Origin: an uncultured Candidatus Saccharibacteria bacterium
GTDB taxonomy: Bacteria; Patescibacteriota; Minisyncoccia; Phycocordibacterales; PALSA-1337
Assembly: GCA_964629235.1 (NCBI GenBank)
Contig: CAZVQB010000001.1
Location: 4,431 to 68,430 of the forward strand
Reading direction: 5' to 3'
Length of the DNA stretch: 64,000 nucleotides
Below, in pieces: positions 57,481 through 64,000 of the stretch. The translations under genes and the position numbers were made by a program. How positions within the stretch are numbered: position 1 is the first letter of the stretch; every line of letters begins with the position of its first letter. The notes below the pieces were generated by a model, which was not told the origin of the DNA, did no database searches, and worked only from the letters and a program-made list of their open reading frames with translations.

Positions 57481-57909
57481 TTATACTCTTCGTGGCTTCT
57501 TTGCCTGTGGTCCATTATGAGGCACTGGAGTCTCGTCCTTTATAGATGAAATATTTACTCCTCTTGATATAAAGCCTCGGATTGCTGACTCTCTTCCAGA
57601 ACCAACACCCTTAACAACAACCTTAATATCTTTAAGTCCTAGAGTTTCTGCTTTTAGAGCAAGAGTTTCTCCTACTTTTGCAGCAGCAAATGGTGTACCC
57701 TTTTTTGCACCCTTAAATCCTAGAGTACCACAAGATGACCAGATAACAGCATTTCCATCTTCATCAGTTAGAAGAACTTTAGTGTTATTGTAAGTTGATT
57801 GAACATATAGAATACCAGAGTCTAGTCTTTTCTTACTAGAAGTAGCCGGCTGTTTTACAGCTTTCTCTTTTGCTCCTGCTTCAGTTGTCTCAATTTTTTT
57901 CTTTACCAT
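57481..57909 (-). CDS. rpsK: 30S ribosomal protein S11
   Basis: Canonical S11 (GILYVQSTYNNTKVLLTDEDGNAVIWSS...). Confidence 0.9.
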   Translation of the reverse strand: MVKKKIETTEAGAKEKAVKQPATSSKKRLDSGILYVQSTYNNTKVLLTDEDGNAVIWSSCGTLGFKGAKKGTPFAAAKVGETLALKAETLGLKDIKVVVKGVGSGRESAIRGFISRGVNISSIKDETPVPHNGPQAKKPRRV

Positions 57910-57931
57910 TTTATTCGTTAGTATTTAGATA

Positions 57932-58312
57932 TTATTTCTTTTCTTCCTTCTTTCGTCCTGAACCCATGGTCTTTCTTATGTTTCCTCTTATTGTTCTTGA
58001 ATTTGTCTTCGTTCTCTGTCCTCTAGCTGGTAGTCTTCTCATATGTCTCATTCCTCTGTAGGTCTTTATGTCCTTGTGTCTCTTTATATTTGAAGCTACT
58101 TCTCGCTTTAGGTCTCCTTCGATTTTAAATGTTTCGATAACCTTTCTTATTTCATTTTCTTGATCTACAGTTAGATCCTTTGCCTTTATATCCTTAGGGA
58201 TTTTGGCTTTTTCTAAAATAAATACTGCACGTGATCTACCAACACCATATAAAACTGTAAGTGCAATGTCTAGTCTTTTTGTATCTGGAATTGTTATACC
58301 AAGTATTCTCAT
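57932..58312 (-). CDS. rpsM: 30S ribosomal protein S13
   Basis: MRILGITIPDTKRLDIALTVLYGVGRS is canonical for S13. Confidence 0.9.
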   Translation of the reverse strand: MRILGITIPDTKRLDIALTVLYGVGRSRAVFILEKAKIPKDIKAKDLTVDQENEIRKVIETFKIEGDLKREVASNIKRHKDIKTYRGMRHMRRLPARGQRTKTNSRTIRGNIRKTMGSGRKKEEKK

Positions 58313-58326
58313 AAAATTATAATTAA

Positions 58327-58443
58327 TTATCCTTGTCTTTGCTTATGTCTAGGATTAGCTTTGCATATAACATAAACGTAGCCCTTTCTTCGAACTACTT
58401 TACATTTTGGACAAATTTTCTTTACAGATGCTTTAACCTTCAT
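58327..58443 (-). CDS. rpmJ: 50S ribosomal protein L36
   Basis: Manual translation gives [38 protein letters not shown] (38 aa; C-x2-C-x12-C-x4-H zinc ribbon). Below the ORF-track size cutoff. Confidence 0.85.
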   Translation of the reverse strand: MKVKASVKKICPKCKVVRRKGYVYVICKANPRHKQRQG

Positions 58444-58473
58444 TTTCTTTTAATTATTGAAATCTTTTAGCGA

Positions 58474-58722
58474 TTAAAATCTTTTTGTAATACGTGCTCT
58501 ACCTCCATAAGGATCCAATTCAAGCTCGACTTTATCGCCAATAAGTACTCTGATGCGATGCATTCGCATCTTTCCAGCTAAATAAGCAAGCTGTGTTTCC
58601 TCTTTTCCGTCAATTTTAACCTTAAACAAGGTATCTGGTAAAGCTTCGGTTACAACACCAAATGCTGTAGTCGTACTCTTTTGTTTTTGACTACTATTTA
58701 TCTTTGGATTGATTTCAGAAAC
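58474..58722 (-). CDS. infA: translation initiation factor IF-1
   Basis: S1-like OB fold; GKMRMHRIRVLIGDKVELELDPY matches IF-1. Start taken at MVSEINPK. Confidence 0.85.
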   Translation of the reverse strand, partial: VSEINPKINSSQKQKSTTTAFGVVTEALPDTLFKVKIDGKEETQLAYLAGKMRMHRIRVLIGDKVELELDPYGGRARITKRF

Positions 58723-58768
58723 CATTAATTTTCGGTTTATACATACTACTATAACTACCCACAATAAG

Positions 58769-60151
58769 TCAATGCTTATACTCTATTGTAATCTTTTCTA
58801 CAGAATTTGGGAAGGACCTTAGCCAGAAAGGTGTGATTAAAGCATAAGCATTTGCTATTGCAGAATACTTTGCAAAAATAGCATTACTATCCTTCAAATT
58901 TATACCTTTTAATTCATCCTTTAACTTCTCTTCAGAGAAAGTACCAGTTATAGATATTGGCCCCTTAAGAGTGAAAATTAGTGGAGTCGCCTTTTTTGCT
59001 GAAAAATCCTTAATATTTGAAATATTAAATGTTAATTCTTTATCACCAGTTATATTGTAAGTATCAGATGGGAACTTTTTTATCTCTTTACCTGCTATGT
59101 ATTTTATCAATGTATCACTATTAAATATCGCTCCATAAGCTATTCCTTTAACTATAAGATCAGCATCTTCATTTGTCTTCATCACTGGTTCTGATACCTC
59201 GTATTCAATATTGTAAGCACCATCATAAAGTATATGATCTGGGGTAACACTTTCCTTTAATTTTGAAATTAATTGTTCCTTTAGACTATCCTGCATATCT
59301 TTAATAGCTGTCTTTTTTGATTCCTCATTTATAGTCATTTTATTACCAGAGTAACCACCTACCACATCAGTCTTTAATCTAGCATAGAAACCTGCATACT
59401 TTGGTGTACCTTGATATCCAGGAAGTTTAAAATCACCTTTCAAATCAGCAACTTTTAAATTGTACTTATCCCCAGCTTGATCAGCCACGATTGCTACAGA
59501 TACACTACCAGGTGTTGTTTTTTTACCAGGCACCACAACAGTTGATGAGGTTCTGTATACATTCCCTTGTGTATTTGAAAGTCTTGTACCGGCAACTATA
59601 GTCTGGGCTGTTGCAGAATAATTATTGTATATAATGGCTGTCCCTTTTGCTTTTGTCTGAACTAAAGGACCTTTAGTTGCAGGAATAGTTTGACTTAGCA
59701 TATCTGTGACAGAAATTACCTCATAACCAAATTCTTCTGTTGTATTTGATTGTGATTTTTTAGCAGTAAATGTACCGCTTATATCGAAATTTGTAATTTT
59801 AGGAGTAATGGTAACCACTGCTTTAGAATATGATAAAGACAGAGCAATACCTATAACAACCAATGAAACTAATACAATTATAAAAGTTAGTAAATATTTA
59901 TAAGAGCCTCCTCCAGAACTAGGCTTCTTTATTTTTGTTTTTCTTCGGTGAGATTTTTCTTCAACCTCTTCCTCTTTTTCCTCAACTTCGTCGTTTACCT
60001 CCTCTTGTTCTTGTTCCTCTTCTATTTCTTCCTCTTCTTCATCCTCTACTACAGGTCGTCTCTTCTCTTTAGTTATATTGATCTTACGGATAGAGCGTCT
60101 ATCCCCAGGTACAATATCTTGAACAATTTTTTTTCCAGTTTTTATTGCCAT
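58769..60151 (-). CDS. hypothetical membrane-anchored protein with highly acidic N-terminal tail
   Basis: A Glu-rich run (EDEEEEEIEEEQEQEEVNDEVEEKEEEVEE), one TM helix and a ~350 aa Thr/Gly-rich extracytoplasmic domain. It sits where secY-adk-map normally precede infA. Confidence 0.3.
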   Translation of the reverse strand: MAIKTGKKIVQDIVPGDRRSIRKINITKEKRRPVVEDEEEEEIEEEQEQEEVNDEVEEKEEEVEEKSHRRKTKIKKPSSGGGSYKYLLTFIIVLVSLVVIGIALSLSYSKAVVTITPKITNFDISGTFTAKKSQSNTTEEFGYEVISVTDMLSQTIPATKGPLVQTKAKGTAIIYNNYSATAQTIVAGTRLSNTQGNVYRTSSTVVVPGKKTTPGSVSVAIVADQAGDKYNLKVADLKGDFKLPGYQGTPKYAGFYARLKTDVVGGYSGNKMTINEESKKTAIKDMQDSLKEQLISKLKESVTPDHILYDGAYNIEYEVSEPVMKTNEDADLIVKGIAYGAIFNSDTLIKYIAGKEIKKFPSDTYNITGDKELTFNISNIKDFSAKKATPLIFTLKGPISITGTFSEEKLKDELKGINLKDSNAIFAKYSAIANAYALITPFWLRSFPNSVEKITIEYKH

Positions 60152-60171
60152 ACAAATTTGTAAATATTATA

Positions 60172-61335
60172 TCATACTCTGTCCTTTCTTAAAGCAAATG
60201 TGTATATCCTCATCATATTACTAACTTCAACTCCCTTACCAAACTTTATTTGATTACCAATAGATATTGAATCATAAGCTATTACATCAAAGTTTAATTT
60301 ATTTTGAAATATCAAAGCTTCTTTAAAAAGATCAAAATGGCTGTGTGCAGATAAATACACAGTTCTTGGAATACTTGTTATATCCAAAACCCCCTCAAAA
60401 GATTTTATACACAAATCACTCCATTCATGGACCAAGGGGGTAATGATTCTTTGCATATTTTCTTTTTCTTGTTCACTTAATTTATCACCTTGAAATAGAG
60501 ATATTAAAGAATCACTTGTTTCAACACTTTCATTTGATCCATTTGCTACTTTTCTTAAAACAGTTTTAATTCCAAAAGGAAAAGATATTATATGTTTACA
60601 CAATCCATCTTTAACAGCAATAAGGTCGGTCAATTCACTATGTACATGTATATAAAGATATTCATTCTTATTCTTCAAAACCTCTTGCATAGCAATATAT
60701 TGCATCAATAATGCCGAATGAATACTATGTTTCTTAACATGAATATATTTGTTTATCGTATCGTGTACCTTATCTAAAAACTGACTCGAGCCAAATGAAG
60801 TAGACAGAGAAACTTCTAAAGTATGTGCCTTTTTACCCTGAAACATTACTGCCGGATAGCCATTCAGTCTCACCTCAAATATTTTCTGTTCTACAGGTCT
60901 AATATCAGCAACTGCTGAATTGTTTTTTAATTCTTCTTTTATAATATTTTCTAGAATATCTGTAGTGATTTCAGTTTCTTTTTCATAATTAATCCTTACA
61001 GTTTTCAGTTTTGAATTGATCCAAGGATCTGAGAGTGTATAACTTACATAAGATATTGTATTTCTGCCATTATCTCTAGCGAGATGTTCTGCTACTTCAG
61101 CAATCAATTTTAGCATTTTCTTAACTAAATGCTCAGAATTTAATATTTGCGATTTGCCAGATATAGACTTGGTTACAACACAAGTAATAGTCGAGGGTTC
61201 ATTCGGTTTATCAACAACCAAAGCGCCTCTGACAAGACCACTTTGAATATCAATTATAATACTTCTTACTTCCTTTTTTTTATTGGAAAAAAGCGAAAAC
61301 ATGATTGCTATATTATAGCATGGAGAAATATGCAA
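60172..61335 (-). CDS. hypothetical actin-like ATPase fold protein (FtsA/PilM-like?)
   Basis: Two phosphate-like motifs, SIIIDIQSGLVRGALV and YLYIHVHSELTDLIAVKDG, are spaced as in ASKHA-fold proteins. Assignment is weak. Confidence 0.25.
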   Translation of the reverse strand: MHISPCYNIAIMFSLFSNKKKEVRSIIIDIQSGLVRGALVVDKPNEPSTITCVVTKSISGKSQILNSEHLVKKMLKLIAEVAEHLARDNGRNTISYVSYTLSDPWINSKLKTVRINYEKETEITTDILENIIKEELKNNSAVADIRPVEQKIFEVRLNGYPAVMFQGKKAHTLEVSLSTSFGSSQFLDKVHDTINKYIHVKKHSIHSALLMQYIAMQEVLKNKNEYLYIHVHSELTDLIAVKDGLCKHIISFPFGIKTVLRKVANGSNESVETSDSLISLFQGDKLSEQEKENMQRIITPLVHEWSDLCIKSFEGVLDITSIPRTVYLSAHSHFDLFKEALIFQNKLNFDVIAYDSISIGNQIKFGKGVEVSNMMRIYTFALRKDRV

Positions 61336-61382
61336 AAGAAAAGACCCGCATTAGCGAGTCTTTAATCTTGTTAGAAGATTCT

Positions 61383-61718
61383 CTATTTTTCTATTGATGG
61401 AAGTCCTCTCTTCATCTTGTGTTTGATAAAGAAAAGAATACAAACCAGAATGAAACATAAAAGAATATCCAGATTCGAAAAATCGAAATATCTTTTGTAA
61501 AATAATGCGATCAGAACAAACATAATCGCTGAGAATGACACGACCACTATTTTCCTGAAAAACCTGGTAAGATAATCCATTAAAAATGGCATACTTACCA
61601 CGAAACCAATCGTCCCAGCAAAGAGTGTTACAAAAAGTGCAAAGAAGAGCAAGAACGAACCGAGTACAAGACTGTTCAATGTCCATCCTGCAGAACTATT
61701 ATTTTTAGTATTTTCCAC
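61383..61718 (-). CDS. hypothetical small membrane protein
   Basis: Three predicted TM helices. Preferred over the overlapping alternative-frame ORF at 61351..61686. Confidence 0.3.
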   Translation of the reverse strand: MENTKNNSSAGWTLNSLVLGSFLLFFALFVTLFAGTIGFVVSMPFLMDYLTRFFRKIVVVSFSAIMFVLIALFYKRYFDFSNLDILLCFILVCILFFIKHKMKRGLPSIEK

Positions 61719-61765
61719 GAATTCCTCCCTTTTAGATCCGACAAAAATATAACTTAATTTGAGTA

Positions 61766-63541
61766 TTAAGTCAAAATTGCTTTTATCCTCCTTACTCCTT
61801 GCGAACTAGCTTCTTCCTTTTGAATTTTGAATTTTCCAAGCTCACTTGTATTCTTTACATGAGGACCTCCACAGAATTCTTTTGAATATGCAGTCTCTAA
61901 ATCATTACCGATAAAATATATTGACACCACATCACCATATTTTTCACCGAAGAAATGCCTAGCTCCAGTCTTCTCTGCTTCAGCTTTCGGCATGACTACA
62001 TTTTGTACTGGCAAACCAAGTTTTATTTTTTCATTTATTATATCTTCAACTTTTTTCTTTTCTTCATCAGTCATTTTTTTATCATATGAAAAATCAAATC
62101 TTAGTCTCTCTGGAGTTATATTTGAACCCTTTTGTCCAACTCCATCACCCAAAACATCGTGAAGCGCCTGATGTAAAAGATGTGTTGCTGTATGGTACTT
62201 TATAGACATTTCACTTGTATCTGCCAAACCTCCTTTGAATTTTTGTTCTGCTCCAGAACGAGATAGATCTTGATGTTTTTTGAATTCTTCATTGAATTTC
62301 TCTATATCAACAGAAAGTCCTTTTTCTTTTGCCAATTCTAAAGTTAATTCAAGAGGGAAACCATAACTTGAAAATAATACGAAAGCATCAGTTCCCTTTT
62401 CAAATTCTTTTAATCCTTTCTCCAGTGTCTTTCTGAATTTTTCTTCTTCAGTATTTATCTCATTCTTTATATAATCAGACTTTTCAGCAAGTACCGGATA
62501 TACTTCTTTATAGTTATTTACGACAATATCTACTAGATTTTTTAGACTAAATTCTTGCAACTTTATTTTATTTGCATTTACAATAGCTCTTCTTAGAAAT
62601 CTTCTCAATATATAACCTCTATCTGTATTTGAAGGTATTACTCCGTCACCTATTAGAAGTATTGATGATCGTATATGATCTGAAATGATTCTAGCTGATT
62701 TTAGATTCCAATCTCTTGATGAATTTTTTATATAATCCATCAAAGGCTTCAACAGATCTGTATCATAAATATTATCAACACCCTGTAGTGTCATTGTAAG
62801 TCTCTCAAGTCCTGCACCTGTATCTACTGATGGCTTTGGAAGTTTACCAACAATCTTCCCATCTTTCTTTTCATATTGCATGAATACATCATTCCAAACT
62901 TCTATAACATATCTTTCATCATCAGCTTTAATATATTCTTCATGAGTTAATCCTTTACCGTTAAAAGTATTTGAAACATCATAGAACATTTCCGTATCAG
63001 GACCACAAGGACCATTATCTCCCGCTTCCCACCAATTGTTCTTTGCTGGAAGATAAAATATTCTATTTCCTTCTATCCCATTTTCATCAAATATCTTTTT
63101 CCAAATTGAAGCAGCTTCTTCGTCTCTAGGTGCAATATCATCACCTTCAAAAACTGTTACATAAAGTCTCTTTGGATCGAGACCTAATCCTTGCTCTTTA
63201 TCTGTAAGAAATTTATAACTCCAATTTATTGCTTCCTCTTTGAAATAATCACCTAGAGACCAGTTCCCAAGCATTTCAAAAAAAGTTGCATGAGTCTTGT
63301 CGCCAATATCATCAATATCAACTGTTCTTAGAACCTTTTGTACATTTACTAGTCTTTTACCTTCAGGATGAGCTTTACCGAGTAAATATGGAACAAGCGG
63401 TTGCATTCCTGCAGTATTAAAAAGGGTGCTATTTGTAACTCCTTTATCATCACTAGTTACAAGAGAAGCTGAAGGGATAATAGCATGTTCCCTTTCTTTA
63501 AAAAAATTAAGAAATTTTGACCTTATTTCACTTGATTTCAT
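61766..63541 (-). CDS. alaS: alanyl-tRNA synthetase, C-terminally truncated form
   Basis: Class II catalytic core, tRNA-recognition region and editing-domain HxxxH/CxxxH motifs (HTATHLLHQALHDV, CGGPHV). Only 591 aa, with no C-Ala/oligomerisation domain. Confidence 0.85.
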   Translation of the reverse strand: MKSSEIRSKFLNFFKEREHAIIPSASLVTSDDKGVTNSTLFNTAGMQPLVPYLLGKAHPEGKRLVNVQKVLRTVDIDDIGDKTHATFFEMLGNWSLGDYFKEEAINWSYKFLTDKEQGLGLDPKRLYVTVFEGDDIAPRDEEAASIWKKIFDENGIEGNRIFYLPAKNNWWEAGDNGPCGPDTEMFYDVSNTFNGKGLTHEEYIKADDERYVIEVWNDVFMQYEKKDGKIVGKLPKPSVDTGAGLERLTMTLQGVDNIYDTDLLKPLMDYIKNSSRDWNLKSARIISDHIRSSILLIGDGVIPSNTDRGYILRRFLRRAIVNANKIKLQEFSLKNLVDIVVNNYKEVYPVLAEKSDYIKNEINTEEEKFRKTLEKGLKEFEKGTDAFVLFSSYGFPLELTLELAKEKGLSVDIEKFNEEFKKHQDLSRSGAEQKFKGGLADTSEMSIKYHTATHLLHQALHDVLGDGVGQKGSNITPERLRFDFSYDKKMTDEEKKKVEDIINEKIKLGLPVQNVVMPKAEAEKTGARHFFGEKYGDVVSIYFIGNDLETAYSKEFCGGPHVKNTSELGKFKIQKEEASSQGVRRIKAILT

Positions 63542-63674
63542 AAAACAGAGTTTATCACGGAATCCATTTATTTTGAACTATTGCCTATTATGTAGCATTT
63601 GCTAATATTTTAATAGATGTCTGCACGAATAGACGAATCATCAGATTGAAAACTAAAATTGAAAAGGGGTATAA

Positions 63675-64000
63675 ATGAAAGCAAAATCAATATTTAATGG
63701 CAAAATGCCAGCGTTAAGTCACATCGATGGATTGTTGCATTTTGTTGATTGTGTGATAAAAGCAATGGCCACAGATGAAAATATAGACTACGTTGCGACC
63801 TTGAAGTCGAAACTCGAGGCTCAAGCAAAGTGTAGTGATGTTCAAGGTTCTGCGATAACGGCATTACGAATCTTTAAAGTGTTGAGTCCAGTATCTGCCT
63901 CGCAGTACCCAGCAGCAAATAACAAAAATCAACTTGTCTGGAATTGTTTTTTATACGATCGAAATTTAAATCTCTATGTAGGTTGTCTACAATGGTTCGC
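63675..64000 (+). CDS. hypothetical protein, 3-prime truncated by window edge
   Basis: aaaGGGGtataaATG start. Product MKAKSIFNGKMPALSHIDGLLHFVDCVIKAM... The frame is open to the window end. Confidence 0.3.
   Translation, partial: MKAKSIFNGKMPALSHIDGLLHFVDCVIKAMATDENIDYVATLKSKLEAQAKCSDVQGSAITALRIFKVLSPVSASQYPAANNKNQLVWNCFLYDRNLNLYVGCLQWF

Noticed and set aside
1-64000. Scanned for CRISPR arrays, integrase/transposase genes, inverted terminal repeats and toxin-antitoxin pairs.
   Set aside because: No evenly spaced short repeats were found. No tyrosine/serine recombinase or DDE transposase motifs were seen. The only repeats found are the 135-bp cassette repeats and the 12-bp palindrome, both reported above.

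Overview
The window is a low-GC (~30-33%) bacterial chromosome segment that uses the standard genetic code (TGA is a stop). It is dominated by conserved housekeeping genes, listed here in order along the window. Early in the window: serS, dnaX, typA/bipA, recR, dnaB, cysS. Mid-window: a murE-like/femAB/M23/gltX/murG/ftsW/scpAB block, aspS, trpS and an RND efflux pair. Late in the window: the grpE-dnaK heat-shock locus, the alpha/spc ribosomal cluster (infA-rpmJ-rpsM-rpsK-rpsD-rpoA-rplQ-rplM-rpsI) and alaS. Several proteins are minimal in size: DnaX is 360 aa, AlaRS is 591 aa without its C-terminal domain, and AspRS is the 463 aa archaeal type. This suggests a reduced genome, possibly CPR/Patescibacteria-like, but that is inference only.

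Superimposed on this core are accessory features:
1. Two or three GC-elevated structured ncRNA candidates with intrinsic terminators flank dnaX.
2. A tRNA-Gln(TTG) is followed by a decayed XRE regulator gene and a ~12 kb accessory block (about 7.8-20.2 kb). The block carries GT9/GT4/GT2 glycosyltransferases, a GT4::P-loop-kinase fusion, a second TMPK-like kinase, a SpoT-type HD hydrolase, a pyruvyl-transferase-like gene, an EEP hydrolase, two NUDIX proteins (one fused to a wHTH), a 2OG-Fe(II) oxygenase and a frameshifted gene.
3. Several isolated GC-shifted single genes of unknown function are present.
4. A three-gene GC-shifted cassette is inserted between dnaK and its J-domain co-chaperone gene. 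It encodes a truncated ClpP-family protease, and each gene in it is bracketed by a duplicated 135-bp terminator+promoter module.

No CRISPR array, integrase or transposase was found.
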